Assembly (NCBI RefSeq): GCF_049243625.1
Contig: NZ_CP046975.1
Reading direction: 5' to 3' (one strand)
Source of the DNA: Corynebacterium amycolatum
GTDB lineage: Bacteria; Actinomycetota; Actinomycetes; Mycobacteriales; Mycobacteriaceae
DNA length: 32,000 nucleotides
The position numbers and the translations under genes are program-made. Under the pieces are notes generated by a model, which was given only the letters and a program-made list of their open reading frames with translations, made no database searches and was not told where the DNA came from. Below are positions 18,496-27,357 of this stretch, piece after piece (within the stretch, counting starts at the first letter, position 1; each line of letters starts with the position of its first letter).

Positions 18496-19235
18496 TGGGA
18501 CAGAAGATCCATCCACACGGTCTTCGCCTCGGTATTTCCAGCGACTGGAAGTCCCGCTGGTACGCCGACAAGCAGTACGCTGACTACCTGGCCGAGGACA
18601 TCAAGATCCGCGATCTGCTGTCCACCGGTCTTGAACGCGCCGGCATCTCCGATGTCGTTATCGAGCGCACCCGTGACCGCGTGCGCGTCGACATCCACAC
18701 CGCACGCCCGGGCATCGTTATCGGTCGTCGTGGCTCCGAGGCTGACCGCATTCGCGGCCAGCTCGAGAAGCTCACCGGCAAGCAGGTTCAGCTGAACATC
18801 CTCGAGGTCAAGAACATTGACGCGGATGCGAAGCTGGTTGCTCAGTCCATCGCTGAGCAGCTCGCCAACCGTGTCGCTTTCCGTCGTGCAATGCGCAAGG
18901 CTATCCAGTCTGCAATGCGTCAGCCGCACGTCAAGGGCATCAAGGTTGTCTGCTCCGGTCGTCTCGGCGGTGCCGAGATGGGCCGCACCGAGCGCTACCA
19001 CGAGGGTCGCGTTCCGCTGCACACCCTGCGTGCGGAGATCGACTACGGCACCCACGAAGCTCACACCACCTTCGGTCGCATTGGCGTCAAGGTGTGGATC
19101 TACAAGGGTGACGTGATCGGTGGCCGTCGCGAGTCCGAGATCAACGCCGGCAACGCCCGCCAGCGTCGCGGCAACGACCGCCCGCGTCGCGGTGGCAAGC
19201 GTCGTCAGCGTGCATCTGAGAAGAAGGAGGGCTAA
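18495..19235 (+). CDS. rpsC: 30S ribosomal protein S3
   Basis: The GTG start overlaps the rplV stop. [31 protein letters not shown], with a basic RG-rich C-terminal tail. Confidence 0.98.
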   Translation: MGQKIHPHGLRLGISSDWKSRWYADKQYADYLAEDIKIRDLLSTGLERAGISDVVIERTRDRVRVDIHTARPGIVIGRRGSEADRIRGQLEKLTGKQVQLNILEVKNIDADAKLVAQSIAEQLANRVAFRRAMRKAIQSAMRQPHVKGIKVVCSGRLGGAEMGRTERYHEGRVPLHTLRAEIDYGTHEAHTTFGRIGVKVWIYKGDVIGGRRESEINAGNARQRRGNDRPRRGGKRRQRASEKKEG

Positions 19236-19238
19236 TTC

Positions 19239-19655
19239 ATGCTCATCCCGAAGCGCGTTAAGTTCCGTCGTCAGCACCGCCCGACCCGTTCTGGTATGTC
19301 CAAGGGCGGCAACAAGGTGACTTTCGGTGAATACGGTCTCCAGGCTCTCGAGCCGGCCTACATCACCAACCGTCAGATTGAGGCAGCGCGTATTGCCATC
19401 AACCGCCACGTCAAGCGTGGTGGTAAGGTCTGGATCCAGATTTTTCCGGACCGCCCGCTGACCCAGAAGCCACTGGGTGTTCGTATGGGTTCCGGTAAGG
19501 GCCCGGTCGAAAAGTGGGTTGCAAACGTCAAGCCGGGTCGCATCATGTTCGAGATGTCCTACCCGGACGAGGCAGTTGCTATCGAGGCACTGAAGCGCGC
19601 AGGCGCTAAGCTGCCGATTAAGACCCGAATCGTTCGGAAGGAGGATCAGTACTGA
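19239..19655 (+). CDS. rplP: 50S ribosomal protein L16
   Basis: [36 protein letters not shown]. Confidence 0.98.
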   Translation: MLIPKRVKFRRQHRPTRSGMSKGGNKVTFGEYGLQALEPAYITNRQIEAARIAINRHVKRGGKVWIQIFPDRPLTQKPLGVRMGSGKGPVEKWVANVKPGRIMFEMSYPDEAVAIEALKRAGAKLPIKTRIVRKEDQY

Positions 19656-19891
19656 TGTCGAACGGCATTCCCGCCCACGAGCTTCGCTCGCTGGATAACG
19701 ATGACCTGGTTGCCAAGCTCAAGGAGTCTAAGGAGGAGCTGTTCAACCTCCGTTTCCAGAGCGCTACCGGTCAGCTGACCAACAACCGCCGTCTCCGCAC
19801 TGTCCGCAAGGATATTGCTCGCATTTACACCGTTATGCGTGAGCGCGAGCTCGGCCTGTCTGCTGCACCAACCGATGGTGATGCAGCATGA
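19655..19891 (+). CDS. rpmC: 50S ribosomal protein L29
   Basis: The start overlaps the rplP stop (TGATG). [33 protein letters not shown]. Confidence 0.96.
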   Translation: MSNGIPAHELRSLDNDDLVAKLKESKEELFNLRFQSATGQLTNNRRLRTVRKDIARIYTVMRERELGLSAAPTDGDAA

Positions 19892-20166
19892 GTGAGGAAA
19901 ACATGAACACCACCGAGGCTGGCGCACGTAAGGTGCGCACCGGTTACGTCGTGTCCGACAAGATGCAGAAGACCATCGTTGTCGAGCTCGAGGACCGCAA
20001 GCAGCACGCCCTGTACGGCAAGATCATGCGCACGAACTCCAAGGTCAAGGCGCACGACGAGAACGAAGAGGCTGGCGTGGGCGACCGCGTCCGCATCGAA
20101 GAGTGCCGTCCGCTCTCCAAGGACAAGCACTACCGCCTGATCGAGATCGTCGAGAAGGCTAAGTAA
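19888..20166 (+). CDS. rpsQ: 30S ribosomal protein S17
   Basis: The start overlaps the rpmC stop (ATGA). [45 protein letters not shown]. Confidence 0.97.
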   Translation: MSEENMNTTEAGARKVRTGYVVSDKMQKTIVVELEDRKQHALYGKIMRTNSKVKAHDENEEAGVGDRVRIEECRPLSKDKHYRLIEIVEKAK

Positions 20167-20204
20167 GACCCGTTGGCTAACTAGACAGCTAGGGCTTTAC
20201 AACG

Positions 20205-20258
20205 AGAACCCCGCCGCGGGAAACACGCAAGTGTGTTCTGTGGCGGGGTTTTGTTTTT
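20205..20258 (+). terminator. Rho-independent terminator after rpsQ (end of the S10 operon)
   Basis: The stem aaccccgcc (20206-20214) / ggcggggtt (20241-20249) is followed by ttgtttttgg. Confidence 0.75.
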
Positions 20259-20364
20259 GGCAAGCCATGTTTCTTCGTGTTTCTAGTCTCTTCAGTGCAG
20301 GTTTGCTGGGTTTTATCTCTGATAGCATTGGCGACGATTTGTGCTTTGTGAGGGGAGAAGTTCG

Positions 20365-21714
20365 GTGACTACTGACGTGACCAGGATTGATGATCGAGAC
20401 CTGGAGTCCGCGCTTCGCTCACACGACGTGGCGACATTGTCGCGGCTCTTAACTGATGTTGAGCCCAAAGCTGCCGCTCGAAAGATGCGCCGCCTCAGCC
20501 ATGAGGAACGTGCGCTGTTCTACCGCACACTGCCGAAAGACACGGCGGTTGAAACCTTCGATGAGCTGGACTCAGCGCTGCAGGCGCATCTGATCGACAG
20601 CCTCCGTGATCCTGAAGTCACCGCAGTCTTTGCGGAGATGGAACCGGACGACCGAGCTGAGTTGCTCGATGAGCTACCAGCCTCGGTTGCTTCAAAGCTG
20701 CTGGCCGATTTGCCGGATGATGAGCGCGAGCTCACCAACATTGTTCTCGGCTACCCCGACGGTTCCATTGGCCGCCGTATGAGCCCGGAGCTGGTATCGC
20801 TTCACGACGACATGACGGTGGGGAAAGCCCTCGAGACCGTCTGCAAGCATCTGGATGATGCCGAGTCTATCTACACCTTGCCGGTGTCGAACCGGAATCG
20901 CCGACTGATGGGCGTGGTAAGTCTTCGTGATTTGATGCGCGCCGACCGTGATATCCATGTGTCGGCAATTTTGAGGAAGGCCGACTACGCAGAGGCCACC
21001 GAGTCCGAAGAGAAGGTGGCTCGCATGTGCGCCAATCGTAAGCGCTTAGCTCTACCGATCGTCGATAGCAAGCAGCGTGTTATCGGCCTGCTCACGGTGG
21101 ACGACGCACTCCGGATTCTGGAGGAAGCAGATTCCGAGGACCAAGCTCGTATTTCCGGTTCTGAGCCACTGCGCTTGCCGTACCTTGCTACGCCAATCTT
21201 TGAGATTGTTCGCTCTCGTGTGGTCTGGTTGCTCGTGCTGGCAATCGGTGCGACATTGACCGTGCAAGTCCTGGAAACCTTCGAAGAGACTCTGTCTCAG
21301 ATGGTCGTTCTCTCAGTGTTCGTACCGCTGCTGATTGGTACAGGTGGCAATACCGGTAACCAGGCTGCAACTACGATTACGCGTGCGTTGGCGCTGGGGG
21401 ATGTCCAACCGCGAGATATATTCAAGGTCATTCTCCGAGAGGTGAGGGTCGGCGCGTTCCTCGGTCTATTGCTTGGTTCTCTAGGCCTACTATTGGCTGG
21501 ATTGTTCTACGGTTGGGACATCGGCCTCGTTATCGGCCTGACGCTGCTGGGTATTTGTACCCTCGCGGCAACCGTCGGTGGCATCATGCCGCTGATTGGT
21601 AAGAAGTTCGGCATTGACCCAGCAGTCTTCGCGAACCCGTTTATTACGACGCTTGTTGATGCCTCCGGTCTGATTATCTACTTCCTGATCGCTAAGTCGG
21701 TACTGGGGATTTAG
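20365..21714 (+). CDS. mgtE: Magnesium transporter MgtE
   Basis: An MgtE N-domain (PEVTAVFAEMEPDDRAELLDELP) and a CBS pair are followed by the TM domain with FVPLLIGTGGNTGNQAAT. I prefer the GTG at 20365 (AGGGGAG 7 nt upstream) over the track start at 20341. Confidence 0.9.
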   Translation: MTTDVTRIDDRDLESALRSHDVATLSRLLTDVEPKAAARKMRRLSHEERALFYRTLPKDTAVETFDELDSALQAHLIDSLRDPEVTAVFAEMEPDDRAELLDELPASVASKLLADLPDDERELTNIVLGYPDGSIGRRMSPELVSLHDDMTVGKALETVCKHLDDAESIYTLPVSNRNRRLMGVVSLRDLMRADRDIHVSAILRKADYAEATESEEKVARMCANRKRLALPIVDSKQRVIGLLTVDDALRILEEADSEDQARISGSEPLRLPYLATPIFEIVRSRVVWLLVLAIGATLTVQVLETFEETLSQMVVLSVFVPLLIGTGGNTGNQAATTITRALALGDVQPRDIFKVILREVRVGAFLGLLLGSLGLLLAGLFYGWDIGLVIGLTLLGICTLAATVGGIMPLIGKKFGIDPAVFANPFITTLVDASGLIIYFLIAKSVLGI

Positions 21715-21749
21715 ACCCCACGGTGCGCAGCTGCACCGATACATAAAAA

Positions 21750-22424
21750 GTGTCCAGCTGCGCCATAATGGTGGCCATGAGCAATGGCACCCACAATCAC
21801 CGCACTTGGAAAGAAATTATTGCCGCCGATCCGCAGCATTCTCGGCGCTACGCCAACCGGTGGCGGGGATTCGTGCGCGAGGGCCGCGATATCGATGGCG
21901 AGGCGCGGCTGGTGGATGCGATGGCGCCACGCCACGCTCGAATTCTAGATGCCGGCTGCGGACAGGGGCGCGTGGGCGGTTACCTGGCGAAGGCTGGGCA
22001 CCGAGTCATGGGCGTCGATGTCGACCCCTATCTCATCGATGAGGCGAAACGCCAGTTCCCGGACGCGACGTGGTTGGTAGGGGATTTGGCGCAATTGGCG
22101 CACGTGCTTGACGACGGCCTCGAGAACACGCCCCACGATGACACGGCATCCGCTTTCGATGTCATCATTTGCCCCGGCAATGTCCTGACCTTCGTAGCGC
22201 CAGAAGACCGCACGAAGGTACTGCAGGCCTTCGCAGCGGCACTGAATCCGGAGGGCGGTCGTGCCATCATCGGCTTCGGTGCCGGCCGTGGCTGGGACTT
22301 TGCGGATTTTGAAACCACTGCGCAGGAGGCGGGGCTCACCGTGATTCAGCGTTATTCGACGTGGGATCTTCGTCCGTTTGAGGATGAGTCTCAGTTCCTG
22401 GTTGCAGTGCTTGAACGGGGGTAG
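21750..22424 (+). CDS. Class I SAM-dependent methyltransferase
   Basis: Motif I is ILDAGCGQGRVGGYLAKAGHRVMGVDVD. The exact start is uncertain, with alternative ATGs at 21768 and 21777. Confidence 0.8.
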   Translation: MSSCAIMVAMSNGTHNHRTWKEIIAADPQHSRRYANRWRGFVREGRDIDGEARLVDAMAPRHARILDAGCGQGRVGGYLAKAGHRVMGVDVDPYLIDEAKRQFPDATWLVGDLAQLAHVLDDGLENTPHDDTASAFDVIICPGNVLTFVAPEDRTKVLQAFAAALNPEGGRAIIGFGAGRGWDFADFETTAQEAGLTVIQRYSTWDLRPFEDESQFLVAVLERG

Positions 22425-22435
22425 AGAGCTGTGAT

Positions 22436-22446
22436 CGTCGTAAAGC
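22436..22446 (+). repeat. Copy of the intergenic 11-mer CGTCGTAAAGC
   Basis: Exact match, 81-91 nt upstream of the FNT gene start. Confidence 0.7.
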
Positions 22447-22526
22447 GGTTGCGATTCCGTGCCGGACTATCGTTATTCTTTTATGCGAATAACTGCAATT
22501 AACGGCACGCAGGGAAGGCTTCGGCG

Positions 22527-23309
22527 GTGACGCTATACGAAACGCTGGATACGGCTGGTGACAAAAAACAGGAACTGATGACGCAGGACTACGGGCGTTT
22601 TGCGGTTCGAGCGGTCCTGGCGGGCATGTATCTGACGTTGGGAACGGCCTTTGCAGCGGTAGCTGGCCAAGTGGCCGAAGCTGTTGCTCCGGGCACTGGG
22701 GGACTGGTCTTTGCGTGCCTGTTCGGGCTTGGACTGTTCGCCATTGTGGTGCTCGGTGCAGAGCTGGCGACTGGCAGCATGATGTTTGTGTCCTGGTCCG
22801 CTGCACGCGGTCGCATGCCGTGGGGAGTGGCTCTTCGGATGGTGGCCGTCGCCACGTTCTACAACTTCATCGGTGCCGCGATTGTGGCGCTGGTGCTAAG
22901 CCAGAGCGCCAAACTCGGTGGGATTGATGACACACATCTGATTTCCACCTTGACCGAGGGGAAGCTGGCCAAGCCGTTCTTCGGTGCTTTCGTAGAGGCG
23001 ATGGGCGCGAACTTCGTGGTCAATATGGCTGTTTTAGGCGCGCTACAAGCCAAAGAAATCATTTCGAAGTTCGCTGTGATTCTGCCGATTATTGCGGTGT
23101 TCGTTGGGCTCGGGCTTGAGCATGTGATTGCGAACTTCTCGCTGTTTTCCTTGGCCTTTTTCGCCGATCCGCGTCCTGCCGGCTTCGATGGCCTGCACAT
23201 TACAGGCAACTGGGTGGCAGTGTGGTTGGGCAACTTCGTAGGCGGTGGCCTGGGAATTGGCGCGGTCTACGCCTGGTTGAACCAGACGAAGACCAGCTAT
23301 GTTGATTAG
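22527..23309 (+). CDS. Formate/nitrite transporter (FNT) family channel
   Basis: The 260-aa ORF has a GTG start after AGGGAAGG and six TM segments. The GANFVVNMAV and GLEHVIANFSLF motifs are typical of FocA/NirC-type channels. Confidence 0.85.
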   Translation: MTLYETLDTAGDKKQELMTQDYGRFAVRAVLAGMYLTLGTAFAAVAGQVAEAVAPGTGGLVFACLFGLGLFAIVVLGAELATGSMMFVSWSAARGRMPWGVALRMVAVATFYNFIGAAIVALVLSQSAKLGGIDDTHLISTLTEGKLAKPFFGAFVEAMGANFVVNMAVLGALQAKEIISKFAVILPIIAVFVGLGLEHVIANFSLFSLAFFADPRPAGFDGLHITGNWVAVWLGNFVGGGLGIGAVYAWLNQTKTSYVD

Positions 23310-23353
23310 CTTTTGAGCTTTGCCGGAGCCTATCCGACGACCTATCTCAAGGG

Positions 23354-24070
23354 CTATCCGACGGCCTGCCCGAAGAGCAGGCCGACGAAGTAGGACACAA
23401 TCAAACCGAGCGCGCCACCGATGACCAGACGTAGCGCAGCCTTGCCGGAGTGCGTGGAGCTGAGCTTGGCGCTGATGTAGCCGGTCAAGGCCAACGTCAC
23501 GATGGTGACAACGGTGACCGCAATCGCGCCGGAGGTGGGGCCGGTGAACACCAGAGCCGCAATCATCGGCAGGATGGCGCCGAGTAGGAACGACAGTGCC
23601 GAAGAACCAGCAGCCGCCCAGGGGTTGGTAAGTTCCTCGCCGTCAATGCCCAATTCCAGCTTTAGGTGAGCTGCCAGCGGATCATTTTGTGCGATGCCGT
23701 GGGCAGCATCTTCGGCGATATGTTGTGGGATGCCGTAGCCAGAGAGAATCCCCACGAGCTCCTTATGCTCTTCATCTGGAAAGTCCTTGAGCTCGGCCTT
23801 TTCTTTGGCAATCAGTGCTCGCTCAGTATCGCGCTGAGTTGAAACCGAGACGTATTCCCCCAGAGCCATCGAGATAGCACCAGCGATAACGGCGGCGGCA
23901 CCAGCAGTCAGAATGGCTTCGCGAGAAGAACCTGCTGCAATCACGCTGAGCAAGATTAGAGCAGTGGAGACGATGCCGTCGTTGGCTCCGAGGACTCCGG
24001 CGCGAAGCCAGTTGAGCTTCGACGTCTCAGAAGACTTATGCGGTTCATGAGGATGCGCGTACGTGGTCAT
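23354..24070 (-). CDS. VIT1/CCC1-family iron/manganese transporter
   Basis: LNWLRAGVLGANDGIVSTALILLSV...ALGEYVSVSTQRD is the VIT1 signature. I prefer the start at 24070 (MTTYAHPHE), which has GGGAGAAAGG upstream. Confidence 0.85.
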   Translation of the reverse strand: MTTYAHPHEPHKSSETSKLNWLRAGVLGANDGIVSTALILLSVIAAGSSREAILTAGAAAVIAGAISMALGEYVSVSTQRDTERALIAKEKAELKDFPDEEHKELVGILSGYGIPQHIAEDAAHGIAQNDPLAAHLKLELGIDGEELTNPWAAAGSSALSFLLGAILPMIAALVFTGPTSGAIAVTVVTIVTLALTGYISAKLSSTHSGKAALRLVIGGALGLIVSYFVGLLFGQAVG

Positions 24071-24199
24071 GGCAGGACCTTTCTCCCATGTCAGCCTCAC
24101 GCCTACGGGTGGTACGAGGCCTCACCATCGATTTAATGCCGATTCGGGCACATTCTCAACCAGTGAAGTGAAACGAGGGCAGTCCTCTCGTATGTAGTT

Positions 24200-25441
24200 T
24201 TATGCCAGCTTATGTGGGTGTTTGCGGAGGCCGTCGTGCGTCAATGTCAATACCGCGATCAGCGCAATCAGCGCGCAGGTCAACATTGATATGGCCATTG
24301 ATAAAGGCAGATTGGAACCAAGCCCCACCAACGGGGAAACCGTGGCGGCCGCGAGGAACTGTGCGAAGCCCATGAGGCCGGAACCTGAGCCAATTCCGAT
24401 ATCTCGAACCTCCTCAATTCCGAGTGCTGTGGCATTGGCGAAGATCAGCGGCATCATCGGTACCGTAATGAACAGCAACAGCCAAGTAGTGAAGAAGTTA
24501 ATCCCGACTATGGCATTAACAATCAGGCCTATCGACGTCACGAGCATGACCGTGAGTGCAACTAAAATGCCCTTGCGGGGATGAAGCCGGTTGATCATCT
24601 TGCCGTTGAGGATTGACACAAAGGTCAACATCGCTGCATTGGATGCGAACACGAGAGAGAACTGAGTAGGGGTGAGCCCCAGCAGCTCCTGGAAGATAAA
24701 GGGTGACGCAGCGATATAGGAGAACATCACCGAGAAGCCACCAGCGAAAGCTAACAAGTAGCCGACAAATACGGGCCGCTGTAGCAGCCTGCCGATATTG
24801 GGCAGGAGATTGCGCAGAGAGCCTGTGGAGCGTCGCTCTGGCGGTAGAGTTTCCGGAACCATCAGAAACACAATCGCGACCATCGCGACGTTGATGGCTG
24901 CGAGAAACCAGAACACGCTGCGCCAGCCGAATGCGGGGCCCAGAAAGCCACTCACAAGGGGAGCGATTGCCGGGGCGATGGAGGAAATGCCCATCAGCGT
25001 CGAGAAAGCTCTCGCTGATGCCTTGCCCTTCAAGAGGTCTGGGACTACAGCACGAGCCAGAACCACTGTGGAGCCACCAGCTAACCCCTGGAACAGGCGC
25101 ATTGCAATAAGCGTGCCAATATTCGGTGCTATTGCACAGAGGATTGACGAGCCCAAGAACACCAAAGTCGCAATGAGAAGCAACTTCCTACGGCCCAAAC
25201 TATCGGAGAGAGCGCCAATGACGAGCTGCCCTGCAGCCATACCGATCATGAAGGTTGCCAGAGTGAGCTGAACCATTGACTCGGTTGTGGAGAACTCCTT
25301 GGCTATCTCCACGAAGGAGGCCAGGTATGTATCTGCGCCGAACGGGGCGGCGGCGGATAATAAGGCTAACCCGGCAAGTAGCGATACCGGAAGCGTCTGT
25401 GCTGGCTGTGTCTGAGCGTTCTCGGAATGTGGATTTGTCAC
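24200..25441 (-). CDS. MFS transporter, Bcr/CflA-type drug-resistance subfamily
   Basis: The 413-aa ORF has 12 TM segments. GALSDSLGRRKLLL and LFQGLAGGSTVVLARAVVPDL are MFS motifs A/C of the Bcr/CflA pattern. Confidence 0.85.
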   Translation of the reverse strand: MTNPHSENAQTQPAQTLPVSLLAGLALLSAAAPFGADTYLASFVEIAKEFSTTESMVQLTLATFMIGMAAGQLVIGALSDSLGRRKLLLIATLVFLGSSILCAIAPNIGTLIAMRLFQGLAGGSTVVLARAVVPDLLKGKASARAFSTLMGISSIAPAIAPLVSGFLGPAFGWRSVFWFLAAINVAMVAIVFLMVPETLPPERRSTGSLRNLLPNIGRLLQRPVFVGYLLAFAGGFSVMFSYIAASPFIFQELLGLTPTQFSLVFASNAAMLTFVSILNGKMINRLHPRKGILVALTVMLVTSIGLIVNAIVGINFFTTWLLLFITVPMMPLIFANATALGIEEVRDIGIGSGSGLMGFAQFLAAATVSPLVGLGSNLPLSMAISMLTCALIALIAVLTLTHDGLRKHPHKLA

Positions 25442-25648
25442 TGTCTCAGTCTAGGGTTTCCGCGGAATAGGGTTGCTGCGGAGGGTATAAACCATGTTGG
25501 GGGCATGAAACTAAGGGATTTTGTTGTCCCGCACGAACGTGCCATAATACACAGGTTGCGCGAAGTGGCTGCGTGCTGCTCTCAACGGTCTATGACCGTA
25601 GCTAGCATGGGGTCAAAGCGATATGGAAGTTGCCTCTAGCAGGTGCTT

Positions 25649-25659
25649 TCGTCGTAAAG
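25649..25659 (+). repeat. Copy of the intergenic 11-mer CGTCGTAAAGC
   Basis: Exact match, 80-90 nt upstream of the rplN start. Confidence 0.7.
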
Positions 25660-25738
25660 CGTAAACACAAGACATAAAGACCGCGTGCGTTTAGGACGGA
25701 AATCTGACGCACAATGCAACCAGGTCAGGAGAAACGCA

Positions 25739-26107
25739 GTGATTCAGCAGGAATCCCGTCTGCGCGTTGCCGACAACACTGGTGCACGTGAAATCCAGTG
25801 CATCCGCGTTCTCGGCGGCTCGACCCGACGCTTCGCTGGCATTGGCGACACCATTGTCGCAACTGTCAAGGAAGCTACTCCGGGCGGCAACGTCAAGGCA
25901 GGCGAAATTGTTAAGGCAGTCATCGTCCGTGCGAAGAAGGAGACCCGTCGTCCGGACGGCTCCTACATCTCGTTCGACGAGAATGCAGCTGTCATCATCA
26001 AGGCCGACGGTGAGCCAAAGGGCACCCGTATTTTCGGCCCGGTCGCGCGTGAGCTGCGTGACAAGAAGTTCATGAAGATTGTCTCGCTCGCACCGGAGGT
26101 GATTTAA
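25739..26107 (+). CDS. rplN: 50S ribosomal protein L14
   Basis: The GTG at 25739 follows AGGAGA. (M)[27 protein letters not shown] gives 122 aa. The track start at 25685 is a non-homologous extension. Confidence 0.97.
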   Translation: MIQQESRLRVADNTGAREIQCIRVLGGSTRRFAGIGDTIVATVKEATPGGNVKAGEIVKAVIVRAKKETRRPDGSYISFDENAAVIIKADGEPKGTRIFGPVARELRDKKFMKIVSLAPEVI

Positions 26108-26422
26108 GTGAAGATCCGTAAGGGCGATACCGTGCTGGTTATCTCCGGTCCGGACAAGGGTGCTCAGGGCAAGGTCATCGAGGCCTACCCGAAGCGCGAC
26201 AAGGTCCTGGTCGAGGGCGTTAACCGTATCAAGAAGCACGTTGCAAACTCCGCTGCGGAGCGCGGTGCATCCTCGGGTGGCATTGTCACTCAGGAAGCTC
26301 CGATTCACGTGTCGAACGTCATGCTGGTCGACGAAGATGGTACCCCGACTCGCGTTGGTTACCGCTTCGATGAGGACGGCAAGAAGGTTCGCATCTCCCG
26401 CCGTACCGGGAAGGACATCTAA
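26108..26422 (+). CDS. rplX: 50S ribosomal protein L24
   Basis: (M)[38 protein letters not shown]. Confidence 0.97.
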   Translation: MKIRKGDTVLVISGPDKGAQGKVIEAYPKRDKVLVEGVNRIKKHVANSAAERGASSGGIVTQEAPIHVSNVMLVDEDGTPTRVGYRFDEDGKKVRISRRTGKDI

Positions 26423-26424
26423 GC

Positions 26425-26979
26425 ATGAGCGAAAATTACACCCCTCGTCTGAAGGCCCGTTACCGCGATGAGATTCGCGGCAAGATGCAGGAAGAGTTCT
26501 CCTACGAGAACGTCATGCAGATTCCGGGCGTTACCAAGGTCGTCGTTAACATGGGCGTCGGCGCTGCTGCTCAGGACAAGAAGCAGATCAACGGTGCTAT
26601 CAACGACCTGACTCTGATCACCGGTCAGAAGCCGGAGACCCGTCGCGCTCGCAAGTCGATCGCTAACTTCAAGCTTCGTGAAGGCGACGCCATCGGCGCT
26701 CGCGTCACCCTGCGTGGCGACCGTATGTGGGAGTTCCTGGATCGTCTGCTGACCGTGGCTCTGCCGCGAATCCGCGACTTCCGCGGTCTGTCTGATCAGC
26801 AGTTCGATGGTCACGGTAACTACACCTTCGGACTGTCTGAGCAGACCATGTTCTACGAGATCGACGTTGACAAGATCGACCGCCCGCGCGGTATGGACAT
26901 CACCGTCGTGACCACCGCTACCAACAATGAGGAAGGCCGCGCGCTGCTGCGCGAGCTGGGCTTCCCGTTCAAGAAGTAG
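26425..26979 (+). CDS. rplE: 50S ribosomal protein L5
   Basis: [42 protein letters not shown]...[20 protein letters not shown]. Confidence 0.97.
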   Translation: MSENYTPRLKARYRDEIRGKMQEEFSYENVMQIPGVTKVVVNMGVGAAAQDKKQINGAINDLTLITGQKPETRRARKSIANFKLREGDAIGARVTLRGDRMWEFLDRLLTVALPRIRDFRGLSDQQFDGHGNYTFGLSEQTMFYEIDVDKIDRPRGMDITVVTTATNNEEGRALLRELGFPFKK

Positions 26980-27005
26980 TTTTGCCTCTTCGGTAGCTTC
27001 TGTCT

Positions 27006-27043
27006 GAAGCCTCGGATGCCGCTTGGCCTCCGGGGCTTTTTGC
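27006..27043 (+). terminator. Rho-independent terminator after rplE
   Basis: The stem gaagcctcgga (27007-27017) / tccggggcttt (27029-27039) has one G-U pair and is followed by a T-run. Confidence 0.7.
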
Positions 27044-27357
27044 TGCTCCGTTAACCCTTATGTTCATGGGGGGATGTCGCTGTGCGGGGCCTGCGCAAAA
27101 GTTACCAGTGTTGCCGGTGTGAAAGTTGACCCTTTTTGGGGGTTGAAAATTAGTAAAGTCACAAGCTTTCTTAAATGAAAGTTAGGCGTTCGTGATGATT
27201 TCGTTGTAAACTGCCATTCGTCATAGTGACGGCCGCCAAAATGCATTGTGGTCGTTATCAATTTGGGCAAGATTTAAGTGACTTCAGCTTCTGTGTGGTT
27301 GAGCCAGTGGTTCTACACAGAGCGGTCCTTAAGTTAAAACGCAAAGGGATTAACTAC

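Noticed and set aside
18369-19409. 346-aa minus-strand ORF antisense to rpsC/rplP. Similar ORFs occur at 16976-17857, 17833-18516, 15273-16001, 28653-29729, 29561-30256 and 30015-30671.
   Set aside because: All are antisense shadows of ribosomal protein genes and have no independent coding evidence.
20259-20364. Possible M-box (Mg2+) riboswitch upstream of mgtE
   Set aside because: Only about 105 nt lie between the rpsQ terminator and the mgtE start, which is too short for the roughly 160-nt M-box. I could not see its conserved helices. An Infernal scan would settle the question.
23330-23363. 10-nt direct repeat CTATCCGACG (23330-23339 and 23354-23363), with a CTATC in between at 12-nt period, at the convergent FNT/VIT1 gene ends
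   Set aside because: It is short, and the second copy is simply the last codons plus the stop of the VIT1 gene. It may be a small duplication of the 3' end, and there are no associated mobile-element features.
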